In this document: in pieces, positions 26,704-38,339 of the stretch
Layout of the letters: each line of letters starts with the position of its first letter
Position numbering within the stretch: the first letter of the stretch is position 1
NCBI GenBank assembly: GCA_951406725.2
Contig: OX597826.1
Coordinates: 26,660,001 to 26,724,000 of the forward strand
Reading direction: 5' to 3'
Origin: Octopus vulgaris
Lineage: Eukaryota
Length of the DNA: 64,000 nucleotides
Notes under the pieces: model-generated
Told to the model about the DNA's origin: nothing
Databases searched by the model: none
The model's input: only the letters and a program-made list of their open reading frames with translations
Translations under genes and position numbers: made by a program

Positions 26704-27439
26704 ATATATAACAATCGAATGTGTTTATGTTTAATGATGTAACGTGTTTCAAAACAAACTAATTTGACAGATTATTGTCAAAGCTTATATTTTGGATATA
26801 GTGTTTTATTACCGACATTACAGACGGAAATTGCGTATCACAATCTTATATATTCTAACTTTAGACAAAATCTAGGAGCAAATTGACACCATATTTCTCA
26901 TCTGTGAGTCAAAAAACATCTATATGATAGGTATATCTGCTAACATAGAAATAAATTATTCCTCAAACTTCGCACTATTATCTTATAAACGGGGAATGTT
27001 AATTCATCAAAGTTACCTTGCAGCTTGAATAAACGCCAATGATAGGGCTGTATGGAACCGGTGAATTGGCTGACATATTAGAGAGGAGGACAGAATGTCT
27101 TGCGATAGTTGTTCCACATTTATACGCTCTGGGTTCAGCTGTCACAGAGTTCAAATTTGCTGGACGTGTACACTCTCAGATCGATAGAATACGATAAAAC
27201 TCAAGTGCAGCTGTTTCAGGAACGTGTTGCGATGTCGCACTTTATATCACGTAGTATCTATCGCGTTTTTAAGGCGGTTAGCTGTTAAAATCGTGGCTCA
27301 ACTCTGTGCTTTGAGATGTAGATAAACAGCCATACATATCTGTAGAAGACACCCACCCGGTTTCATCTGAGCTGATTCGGTATGAACAGCAACATCTCAA
27401 ACAAAGGAGCGACGAAAGAAAGTCGTAGTTACTACATCT

Positions 27440-27882
27440 ATTCTTTTCTACTCTAGGTACAATGTCTGAAATGTTGGGGGTCGGAAGCCAGTCGATTAGA
27501 TCGATACCAGTGGGCAACTGGTACTTAATTTATCGAACCCGAAAGGATGAAAGGCAAAGTCGACCTCGGTGGAATTTGAACTCAGAACGCAAATACAGAC
27601 AAAATACCCCTAAGCGTTTCATCCGGTGTGCTAACGTTTTTGCCAGCTCGCCGCCTTGTAATAACCACATTTATTCTTTTCTACTCTAGGTACAAGGCCC
27701 GAATTTATTGGCGAAGTGGGCAATCGATTAGATCGACCCCAGTACGCAAAAGGTACTTAATCTATCAAACCCGAAAGGATGAAAGGCAAAGTCAACCTCG
27801 GCGGAATTTGAACTCAAAACGTAAAGAAAGACGAAATACCGCTAAGCAGGAACGTGCTAATATCCCTGCCAGTCACCGCCTT
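27440..27882 (-). mobile_element. Two tandem SINE family B monomers
   Basis: Each runs from ttctactctaggtacaa to cgccttgtaataaccaca; the flank gtaataaccaca is duplicated with the unit. Confidence 0.88.
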
Positions 27883-28223
27883 GTAATAACCACAATTATT
27901 GGCTGCGTTGTTAACTCGTCTGTCATAATGCCCTGAGTTATGCATCCCGATTCTCTCTGTCTTTACTTTTAATGTTATCAACTTTTCTTTTCAACTTTTC
28001 GAGCTCGGCCAAAAAAAAAACCAAAAAAAAAAAAACGATTGGCTGCCAGAACCAGATGCCTTGAAGCATTTTAGCATGTCTTTCTGTTTTGAATCCAAAA
28101 CCAGCCATGGGCCAACTTCGGTGATAGACATAATCTATCATCCGGAAAGCATACTCCACCGTGAGTGTGACGATTGAAAGGCCTATTGGTTATTTTTCTA
28201 TCTGACAATATATGACCCGGGGC

Positions 28224-28840
28224 TAAGGCGGCGAACTGGCAGAATCGTTGGCACGCCGGACGAAATGCTTAGTGGTATTTCGTCTGCCGTTACGTTCTGA
28301 GTTCAAATTCCGCCGACGTCGAATTTACCTTTCATCCTTTCGGGGTCGATAAATTAAGTACCAGTTACGCACTGGGGTCGATACAATCGACTTAATCCGT
28401 TTGTCTGTCCTTGTTTGTCCCCTCTATGTTTAGCCCCATGTGGGTAGTAAAGAAATAGGTATTTCGTCTGCCGCTACGTTCTGAGTTCAAATTCCACCGA
28501 GGTCGACTTTGCCTTTCATCCTTTCGGGGACGATTAAATAAGTACCAGTTACGCACTGGGGGGGGGGGGGGTAATATAATCGACTTAATCCGTTTGTCCC
28601 CTCTATGTTAAACAGAGACCCTTGTGGGCAGTAAACAAATAAGAAACGTTAGCACGCCGGGTGAATTGCTTAGCGGTATTTCGTCTATCTTTGTGCTCTG
28701 AGTTCAAATTCCGCCGAGGTCGACTGTGCCCTTCATCCTTTCGGACTTAATAAGTTAAGAAGCAGTTTCGTATCGTTGTCGATCTACTCGACAAGCCCAC
28801 TCCCCCCAAAATTTCGGGCGTTGAGCCTACAACAGAAGTA
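28224..28840 (+). mobile_element. SINE family B, trimeric composite
   Basis: Head taaggcggcgaactggcagaatcgttggcacg followed by three gtatttcgtct...tgagttcaaattcc units. Confidence 0.9.
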
Positions 28841-29266
28841 AATATATGACTCGGGACTACAAAACATTGCTGGCGCCAATCAACATAATGCCAGAGGGTT
28901 ACTTCCTACAGCATAGAATGTGATCCTGATACTCTGGATATAGGTATAAATATAGTGATGAATCTGAGATTGCAACAAACGGTTAGGTAATCTACGTACT
29001 TCTAATGTCTCACCGATGTGACCGTCTCTAGACCAAACAATAGAAACAATAACAAGAATAATTGCATTTCTATTCGATTATGACTGTGTATCGTTTTGAG
29101 ATGTATTTGTACGATTCTCTGTTAGAGTGATCAAACAAGATGGAATGGTTCTTAAGCATGTGAAGTATAGCAGAATATAGTGTAGTACACATACATACAC
29201 ACAGACGCATAGACACTTAAACAGACACACACTTACACACACACACACATACACATGTATGTTATG

Positions 29267-29297
<31 letters not shown>

Positions 29298-29359
29298 GTA
29301 TTTATGAGTATATATATATATGATTATAGAAACAGGTATGTGTATATAGATACATCTGC

Positions 29360-29390
<31 letters not shown>

Positions 29391-30121
29391 TTCACACAAA
29401 CCTACACACACAGACATTTACTTATACGTTCATTCTTCGGAAACTAATCATTTCGTTTTATATGCATTGTTAAAAAACAATAAGATACAGAAACCAAGAG
29501 CAGCTTAATAAATAAATGAAGAAATAAATAGACGTAAAATGAATAGAAAGCCAAAACCGAAAAAGAAAAATACAAAAAAAATAAATTATAAAAAAGAGCT
29601 CTACAAAAATACACATTTAATCAGAATTCTTTGATTTAGCAGTCAAATGTTGTACACTGTAATGATATTGCATATATACAGAAATTGACTGACAAAGTGG
29701 TTCTTTGTCCGCTCTCTAAGGAAACGGTTTGATGTCTTTAGATGATAAATGATACAAGACAGAGGAAAGTTTGCATAAAATTCTTGGTGTCTTGGAGAAG
29801 CTATGATATATCGCGTATTGTTCAATTTTGTTTCAATCGTCATTCTCCGAAAGAATAAGAACCTCGGATGATCCCACGTCATTCATCTTTAATAAGTGTC
29901 TAAATAAGTTTTTTTTTTCTTTTTGCGTGTCTTCGCTGATGTTATTTTTTGGAAAAAAATTATTTTAGGTATTTATTTATTTGTTTTTCCATCTCGTAAT
30001 AGTAGTTTTTATTGCATATATGAGCGTGTGTTTGTGTGAACATGTAATATGTACACACACACACACACGCACATACGTACACTCATATACGCACAAACAC
30101 ACACACTCACAGAAATATATG

Positions 30122-30195
<74 letters not shown>

Positions 30196-30204
30196 GTATG
30201 TATG

Positions 30205-30237
<33 letters not shown>

Positions 30238-30444
30238 ATAAATGTTTAAGTAGTTGAATGAATCATCCTAGTATGGATAATTCGGTTAACCGATACCCGG
30301 GTAGCAAATTTACGTCAGAAAGCACGGTTGAAGCTACATGCCAAGGGCAGAAATCACGTGCTTTCGTGTGGAAATTTGTGTGTTTTTTTACTATAGATAA
30401 ATGAAAGTATGGAGTCGAACGGCGATTTAACAAAATTCCTTTAT

Positions 30445-30525
30445 TCTCGACATATGTTTCGAAGATTGCATATTCCCAATTTCGAAGGAATAATGGGTGC
30501 ATTATGCCGTCTTCTCATCAGGAAA
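30445..30525 (-). ncRNA. Type-I hammerhead ribozyme motif
   Basis: tttc-CTGATGA-gaaga...tcttc-GAAA-catat-GTC-gaga; canonical core, GUC site, palindromic ACATATGT. Confidence 0.8.
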
Positions 30526-30561
30526 GACAAGGAACTTATGTCATCACTTATGTTCCTTGTC

Positions 30562-30642
30562 TTTTCTGATGAGAAGACGGCATAATGCACCCTTTATTCC
30601 TTCGGAATTAGGAATATGCAGTCTTCGAAACATATGTCGAGA
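30562..30642 (+). ncRNA. Type-I hammerhead ribozyme motif
   Basis: tttt-CTGATGA-gaagac...gtcttc-GAAA-catat-GTC-gaga. Confidence 0.8.
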
Positions 30643-30717
30643 ATATAGGAATTTTGTTCAATCGCCGTTCGACTCTATTCTTTCATTTATTTATATATGT
30701 ATATATATATATATATA

Positions 30718-30800
30718 TAGTTAATCCAAACAAGAAAACACAAAAAAAAACACAGCAACGCGAGGACATGGAACAAATAAAGTATCATTGGTCGCTCAGA
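30718..30800 (-). mobile_element. Truncated family C element without ribozyme
   Basis: gttaatccaaacaagaaaacacaaaaaaaaacacagcaacgcgaggac matches 24948 onward. Confidence 0.8.
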
Positions 30801-30882
30801 CATACGCACAAACACACACGCGCACAAACACACACGCGCACACGCAGAAATATGTGTATATATATATATGTTTTCTTTTTGT

Positions 30883-31272
30883 TCTTTTTGTTTGTTTCAG
30901 TTATTTGACTGCGACCATGCTGGAGCACCGACTTTAGTCGAACAAATTGACCTCACGACTTATTCTTTGTAAGCCTAGTACTTATCCCATCAATTCTCTT
31001 TTGCCGAACCGCTAAGTGACGGGGACGTGAACACACCACCGTCCGTTGTCAAGCGATGGTCGGGGTACAAAAACAGACACAAAAATATCCCCCACACATA
31101 TATATACAACGGGCTTCTTTCCGTTTCCGTCTACCGAATCCACTCACAAGGCTTTGGTCGGCCCGAGGCTATAGTAGAAGACACTTGCTCAAGTTGCCAC
31201 GCAGTGGGACTGAACCTGGAACCATGTGGTTGGTAATCAAGATACTTACCACGCGGCCACACCTTTGCCTAC
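30883..31272 (-). mobile_element. Full-length SINE family A
   Basis: Reverse complement of 2079-2473 along its whole length. Confidence 0.9.
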
Positions 31273-31298
31273 ATACAGTATATATATATATACATATA

Positions 31299-31525
31299 AA
31301 AGGGATGACCTGTAAGTGGACATCCATTATGCTACAAGTACATCCGCTATTGACTTAACGCTAAGAAAGGAATGTTCTCATGAATATTTAACAAATGCCA
31401 GAACGTCTTTCTCACTTACATTCTGACGATTGGTAAATTTTCTTGAGAACATTACTTTCTTAGTGGTAAGACCATAGCGGATCTACTTCTAGCATAATGG
31501 ATGTCCACTTACAGGTCATCCCTCT
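31299..31525. mobile_element. Palindromic MITE
   Basis: agggatgacctgtaagtggacatccattatgcta ... tagcataatggatgtccacttacaggtcatccct; imperfect hairpin over the whole length; TA flanks. Confidence 0.8.
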
Positions 31526-31596
31526 TATATCTATGTAATATAATTTTTTCTGAATCCTCAGATATTTCAATATGTTAGACCACTTGTTTTAAATTA

Positions 31597-31652
<56 letters not shown>

Positions 31653-32379
31653 AACTGTGGTCATGCTGTGACACTTCTTCAAACGTTTAGACTAAGCACT
31701 CATCATTAGTACTTACATAATTTCAGCCTGATGCTTACTCTAGCTGTCTCTTTAGTCGAAGTGCTACGTTACAGGGATATAAAGCATCACATAATGTCAA
31801 GAGGCAGGCTGCCGACCACAAAGACATGCACGCGTACAGATACAATACATACATATTATATATTATATTATGTGCAGAAAAAAACACAAGGTGAAAAAGT
31901 TAGACTACAGGAGAGCAAATGAAAAACTATACGAAATTTAGGGGACGGGAAATATAGGTAAAATCATGATACACGTAAGATTTGCAGCTGATTTCCTCAT
32001 CAGTCAATGACCCATAATATTCAACGTTGGAGGCGCCAGAGCAGTAAGCTTCTGGAATGTATACAAAGACAGCTAGCGAATGTATACAAAGACAGAAATA
32101 TATAAGACATATAAATACAACAAAGAGTTATGCATATATAAAAGAACGAAACCTTACGGCTATACAACATTCCAATAAGAATAATTATACATATACTGCA
32201 TATACAATAGAAGGTGCATTTCAGCTACCGAATTAACTTATTGAGGTGGCGCAAATGGAGAGAGCCCAGACCAGCATGACCTGTCTGGTCAAAGTCAGAC
32301 CGTACAAGGACAGCATTGCCTTGGCCGGACACCGGTCAGTAGAAAGGATGTATTGTAGAGGGCAGAGTGTTTTCTGAAA

Positions 32380-32444
32380 TAGCCTCGAGCCGACCAAAGT
32401 CTTGTGAGTGGATTTGGTAGATGGAAACTGAAAGAAGCACATCG

Positions 32445-32511
<67 letters not shown>

Positions 32512-32730
32512 ATGTTTGCGTGTGTGTGTGTACTTGTCCTCTCCGCCATCGCTATACAACCAATGCTGGTGTGTTTACGTCTCCGAAACTTAGCGCTTCG
32601 GCAAACGAGACCGATAGAATAAGTACAAGGCTTACAAAAATATAAGTCCTAGGGTCGATATCCTCTGTTATATGCGGTGCTCTAATATGGCCACAGTGAA
32701 ATGACTGAAACAAGTGACAGAATAAAAGAC
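32380..32730 (+). mobile_element. SINE family A, 5'-truncated
   Basis: tagcctcgagccgaccaaag...(TA)(TG)...gcggtgctctaatatggccacagtgaaatgactgaaacaag. Confidence 0.85.
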
Positions 32731-32802
32731 GTCTCTGTGACCTATGCCATGTTGAATGTTTAACTTACATGATAGAGCATTGTATTTAATATATATATAG
32801 GA

Positions 32803-33050
32803 GAAGACACTTGTAGGGGCTATGGCAGAAGGCACCCGTGCAAGCTGCCAAACAGTAGAACTAAACCCGGAACCATGTCATTGAATAGCAGCCTTCTTAT
32901 CACAAAGCCACATCTGAGGCTACGAGTATTCTCTTATTTGTTACAGTCATTTGACTGCGGCTATGCTGGAGCCCCGCTAATTTACGAGGACGTAAACACA
33001 CCAGCATCGGTTGTTAAGCGATGTTGGAAGAGACAAACAGATACACATAC
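32803..33050 (-). mobile_element. Fragments of two SINE family A copies
   Basis: Head fragment 32803-32923 and tail fragment 32930-33050 (catttgactgcggctatgctggagc; gacgtaaacacaccagcatcggttg). Confidence 0.65.
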
Positions 33051-33097
33051 ACACATAAATATATTTATATATATATGTGTGTGTGTGTGCATATGCG

Positions 33098-33168
<71 letters not shown>

Positions 33169-33172
<4 letters not shown>

Positions 33173-33356
33173 AATAGTAAAAAGTGAAAAAACTACAGAA
33201 GGCTTGTTTTAAAAGGTTAAAAATATATATTTGAGTCAAATTGACATATTGACTCAAATATATATTTTTAACCTTTTAAAACAAGCCTTCTGTAGTTTTT
33301 TCACTTTTTACTATTTTCTATATATTCAACCACGTGCTTTCACAAACCAACTTTCT

Positions 33357-33358
<2 letters not shown>
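33169..33358 (+). mobile_element. Perfect ~71-bp-arm hairpin plus tail, related to 17141-17502
   Basis: Arms 33169-33239 and 33249-33319; tail tatattcaaccacgtgctttcacaaacc; embedded in (TA)n. Confidence 0.85.
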
Positions 33359-33414
<56 letters not shown>

Positions 33415-33420
<6 letters not shown>

Positions 33421-33910
33421 ATAGTAAATAGATGGTACAACGTGGAAAGCAATACTCTAGTATTGCATTACTATTTTCATTGAAACTTCTTCACTGTTCT
33501 CGTTCTGTAAACGTTTTTGGCATTCAGACGAGTGTACTGGTATAGATGTGGCAACATTTGAAATATTGTTGAGGTTTATGCAGCTGATGAGGATAAATCA
33601 TATATACGATTAGCAACCGTATTTTGAAAAATCCGAAACCGGTACTGCATTATCCGTTATCTAGGATTTTCATTTTCAGATGTTCTTCCTAGAGGTAACA
33701 CAATTTTTTTCATGTTTGTTGCACACAAGCATCTTTACTAGTACATACACAGTGAAGCTATACATTAGCGTCGTATTTATTACGTTCGCTATTTTCCAGT
33801 AGATATCGGTGCTTCGTTGTACCATCTATTTACTATTATGTATAATTTTACCCTCATGGGCTATTCTTTACTGGAAAGTAATACTCTAGTATTGCATTAC
33901 TATTTCCATA
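33415..33910 (+). mobile_element. TA-flanked ribozyme element with terminal direct repeat and short 5' inversion
   Basis: Direct repeat tggaaag.aatactctagtattgcattactattt.cat (33443-33480 / 33872-33909); 33415-33442 is the inverse of ~33816-33843. Confidence 0.8.
33578..33650 (+). ncRNA. Canonical type-I hammerhead ribozyme motif
   Basis: atgcag-CTGATGA-ggat...atcc-GAAA-ccg-GTA-ctgcat; 6-bp stem I; G10.1-C11.1 pair; palindromic ACCGGT; predicted cut after 33644. Confidence 0.88.
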
Positions 33911-33919
33911 TATATATAT

Positions 33920-34085
33920 ACGACTGGCTTCCTTCAGTTTCCGTCTACCAAATCCACTCAGAAGACTTTGGTCGGCCCGACGCTATAGTAGAAGGCACTT
34001 GCCCACAGTGCCACGCAGTGGTACCGAACACGGGTCCATGTGATTGGTAAGCAAGCTACTTACCACACAGCCACTACGGCGCCTA
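33920..34085 (-). mobile_element. SINE family A, 5' half
   Basis: cagtttccgtctaccaaatccactca...cttaccacacagccactacggcgcc. Confidence 0.85.
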
Positions 34086-34146
34086 TATATGTATATATTA
34101 TTCATAATTACATACATACATATACATATCTACATACATACATACA

Positions 34147-34176
<30 letters not shown>

Positions 34177-34177
<1 letters not shown>

Positions 34178-34429
34178 GAGTTTACGGTGTTGGAGTGACA
34201 GGGATACATGGGGATGAGGTAAGGAAATGTGAATGGCGTTGGCAATAATGGAAATGTAGAGATGAAGATTTCAATCTTGAAATAAAATTAATCAGTTTTC
34301 ATCTTATTCCTACCCATTCAGTGCAAAGTAAATGCTCTCCACTCATATCTCTTGACGAAGGTTATCAGTGAAAGCAATCGAAAGTAACTGCTGAATAATT
34401 TTTGTTACAAATCACCCCGCTCACCTCAG

Positions 34430-34479
<50 letters not shown>

Positions 34480-34644
34480 GCGCACACACAGAAGTACACT
34501 TGTTTTCTCTTTATATTTTACCTCTAATATCTATCGCTATGATGTATTTCTATCTAGCTCTCTATCTATCTCTCTCTGTCACTCACCCTCTCTCTTTCTC
34601 TCTATTTATTTCTCAATCTATCTATCTACCTGTATTTATATATA

Positions 34645-34715
<71 letters not shown>

Positions 34716-34918
34716 TATATGTATATAAATATACATAGATACGTACATATATATATACATACCCACACACATATTCATACATATACAAACACACATACAT
34801 ATTTGTGAGCATTTATTTCAAGATCCCAATCTTCATCTGTACATTTCCGTTATTACCAACATTTACACTTCCTCGCCTCATCCACATGTATCACTGTCAC
34901 TCCAACACCGTAAACTCA
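34177..34918. repeat. ~110-bp diverged inverted repeats (34177-34286 / 34812-34918) enclosing microsatellites
   Basis: gagtttacggtgttggagtgacag versus ctgtcactccaacaccgtaaactc. Confidence 0.85.
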
Positions 34919-35567
34919 CAAATATAAACATATATCTATGTATATATAAATAATATATCCATGTACTCGATTATTGTAGAATTTCTAGCGTCGCTATCTA
35001 AATTTTTATAGTTCCTTTTTATAATTTTCTGTCGTATGATCATATTTTAACAACAGTTCACCGAATGATTAAATTACAAGTATCGTAGAACAGTTTAAAA
35101 CCGCCATTTTATTAGAGTAATTGTGCCGTAATAATTTTATTTATAAGTTCTACGTTTTTGAGATTTTGACTTTGTTTTTAAATATTTATTTCCTGTCAAC
35201 CTCTCGCATTGAATTTATTTATTTATTTATTTATTTATTCATCTATTATTAATAGGAAGGCAATAGGGAGTGAAATGGGTGGCGGTGCTGTGAAATCTAA
35301 TTGACATTTACTCTCATCAGATAACTTGTCTACATCACAGAATATTCAAGCCACTTTCCAACCTCATAACGAAAGATACTGTCTCATAATTTTCTACGCA
35401 TGTTCGAGTGTATGTATCCACGTATACACACACACACATACACACAGACACACAAACACACACATTTACGCACACATATATATATTACAAAAAGGGGAAG
35501 AGAATTTCGATTACCGCACTGGTGAGTTGTAATGCCAAATACTATATATATATATATATATATATAT

Positions 35568-35720
35568 AGGGAGAGTTTACCAAAAAAAAAGACAACGACA
35601 GGTGGTGTACAAAACAAACAGATGTATTAGTATAACGCTCAGGAATAGTAAAAGTATTTTACGTTTCGAGCCTACGCTCTTCTACAGAAAGGGACACAGA
35701 AAAATACAAGGAGAGAAACA
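35568..35720 (-). mobile_element. Short element with hammerhead variant 35657-35690
   Basis: Minus strand: ttt-CTGTAGA-a-gagc gtag gctc-GAAA-c-GTA-aaa; homologue of 12228-12400. Confidence 0.65.
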
Positions 35721-36257
35721 AGTCACTTGTTTCAATAATTTGACTGTAGCCATACTGGAGCTTCGCATATAACAGAATATATCGACCCCATATAATAAAA
35801 GAAGGAAAATGCACACAGTTTACATATGATAGAATATTGTAGTAGTCGACCGGTTTCGCTTTTCGGTAATCATGACATTGACATTACTGTGATTTCGTAC
35901 TTTTTAAAGACGGTTTTTTTTAAGTTCATATTCTCTTATGAACCTTTGTGAATGAATCAACAAGTAGAGAAATTTGAGTGCAGGAAATTGGTGGTTGATA
36001 GTATTCGGGATAGAAGATGTAATTGCTCATTTTTTTGGTGGAGTAACATGAACTCATGATCTAAAGTAGTGAAATGAAAAATATAATGTGATAGATACGC
36101 GATCATGAATTGAAATATATACTGAAACCTAAGTTGGTTATGCATTCATATTTTAGCGTGTTCTGTATTTTCTATCAATAAATTTTCTTGCCATAATATT
36201 CTATTATTTAAGATATCTTAAAGCAATCTAAAGTGTGTGCATTTTACTGCTCTTATG

Positions 36258-36304
<47 letters not shown>

Positions 36305-36542
36305 AATAATATTAGGGTAATAAGAATTATAGAAATTATTATTACCACTGGCCTAGCACAAAAAATTAGTCAATAGACTATATATTGTTCCCATAAAAAT
36401 ATCGTGTATATTAAAACACATCAAGAGGCTTCCAAATAGGAAAGCCTTGTGCTAGAAAGAGCAGTAGAAAGCTCAAACCAATAATTAGGGATAAATTATC
36501 GAAAGGAATGAAAATTAAAAACGTTTACCATCTGATTTAGTT

Positions 36543-36608
36543 CCTAGACCATGGTTTCTGACTAATTTCAGTAAAAAATATTTACTGAGGCCAGTCTTCA
36601 ACAGTAGG
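36543..36608 (-). ncRNA. Type-I hammerhead motif, variant core CUGUUGA
   Basis: ccta-CTGTTGA-a gactgg...ttagtc a-GAAA-ccatg-GTC-tagg; palindromic ACCATGGT. Confidence 0.7.
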
Positions 36609-37034
36609 TAGCTTTTAGATTTTAAATATACACAAAACTAACATGTAAACTCGCTGCCTGTATATTCTAACGTTTCAAATCCACTACGCAGATGCATTTT
36701 ATTTCCGGCGACAGAGAGGATTATTACCAGTGGCCTAGCACAAAATAAATTAGTCAATAAACTATATATTATTCACATAAAAAAATATATAGCCTACTGA
36801 TTAATTTTTGTTTGTGCTAGGCCACTGGTAATAATAATTTCTATAATTCTTATTACCTTAATATTATTTATTATGTTTAAATATTTTTTGACAAATTTGT
36901 TCGAAATTTTACCGGCATCCTCTCCGTCGCCGGAAATAAACTGCATCTGCGCAGTGGATTTGAAAAGTTAGAATATGCAGGCAGCGAATTTACATGCGGA
37001 TCTAGCTGTGTGTATATTTAAAATATAAATGCTA

Positions 37035-37085
37035 CCTACTGATGAAATTTTTTATACTGAAATTAATCAGAAACTATGGTCTAGA
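37035..37085 (+). ncRNA. Type-I hammerhead motif, canonical core but stem II partly deleted
   Basis: ccta-CTGATGA-aatttt...taatca-GAAA-ctatg-GTC-taga. Confidence 0.6.
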
Positions 37086-37238
37086 AACTAAAGTAGGTGG
37101 TAAACGTTTTTAATGTTCATTCCTTTCGAGAATTTATCCCTAATTAGTGGTTTGAGTTTACTACTGCTCTTTCTAGCACAATGCTTTCCTATCTGGAAGC
37201 CTCTTAATGTGTTTTAATATACACGATATTTTTATGGG

Positions 37239-37309
<71 letters not shown>

Positions 37310-37486
37310 ATATTTGGCATTACAACTCACCAGTGGGGTAATCGAAATTCTCTCCCCCTTTTTCTACTATATATGTTTTATCATCGGTACCGAATAATTG
37401 TCACATTATATTTACAGATAAATTCCTCTATTTACATGATATCGAGGTCTCTTTCATTCTTTTGTTTTCTTGCCATTTCTATCAAT

Positions 37487-37581
<95 letters not shown>

Positions 37582-38339
37582 TGTGCATATAAATATATAT
37601 ATATGTATGTATGTATGTATGTACGTATAGATGCCTTTATGTGTATATATATACATGTGTATATGTATCTTTATCTTTTGCTACTTGTTTCAGTCCTTAG
37701 TCTAATTGGGAGACAAAAATTGTCGTTCATTGCTTGAAAAATATTGTTCAGTGCATAAAGTGTCATCGTTGGGCCCAAGGCCTAATGAAGAACCCTCCGC
37801 AGGAGCTAGCTTAGTAGTCTCCTGATAGGGCGGCTTTTAAGCTAGTACAAACACACACACATAAATATATACATATATCAATACGGAGCAAATAATTCTT
37901 GAGAAATCATTGACTCTATTATTATCGAATATCCCTCTTCCACTACAATTAATCCCCATGTACCAAAATCGAGAACCCAGCACCGCCTCACCAAATATCC
38001 ATGTCTTCTTTATAGAATTATTTCTGAATTATTTGTATAAATTTGAGCAATTCAACAATATGATTGATTATTATCATTAGTGTTTATCGCAGACAAATTT
38101 ACATAAAATATTATGAATTTCCGTTTCAGAGTAATTCTTGAAATATTTCCAAATTTAAATGATTTTCCTTTCATTGTTAAAGTATTTGAGGATTTAAATG
38201 TGCTTTGGCTCGCTAGATACGATAAAATTTTCGAACACTCTTCAATAGTGACTATCTTGTTTTATGCCAACGACAACATTATTAAATAACTATTTTCATT
38301 TTTACGTCGGTAGGATGAATATCTTTTGATTGTTTTATT

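Larger units (their letters stand above)
30392..30694. mobile_element. ~300-bp fold-back element with a hammerhead in each arm (extra tail ~30240-30391)
   Basis: Inverted arms of ~145 bp around a ~15-bp spacer; TA-rich microsatellites on both sides. Confidence 0.85.
36301..37242. mobile_element. ~940-bp TA-flanked fold-back element with partial tandem repeat and two hammerhead motifs
   Basis: 36388-36720 is the inverse of ~36918-37240; attattacca.tggcctagcacaaaa occurs at 36336 and 36720 and inverted at ~36790-36872. Confidence 0.85.
35489..37363. repeat. ~53-bp inverted repeats (35489-35541 / 37311-37363) bracketing TA tracts and nested elements
   Basis: gagaatttcgattaccgcactggtgagttgtaatgccaaata versus tatttggcattacaactcaccagtggggtaatcgaaattctc. 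Confidence 0.85.

Noticed and set aside
31980-32012. Minus-strand CTGATGAG-GAAA hammerhead-like string
   Set aside because: No stem II and no GUH site with a pairing stem I; at best a deleted relic.
35840-35860. gaccggtttcg half hammerhead (minus strand GAAACCGGTC)
   Set aside because: The matching CUGANGA half with a complementary stem I was not found, so it is not called as a ribozyme.
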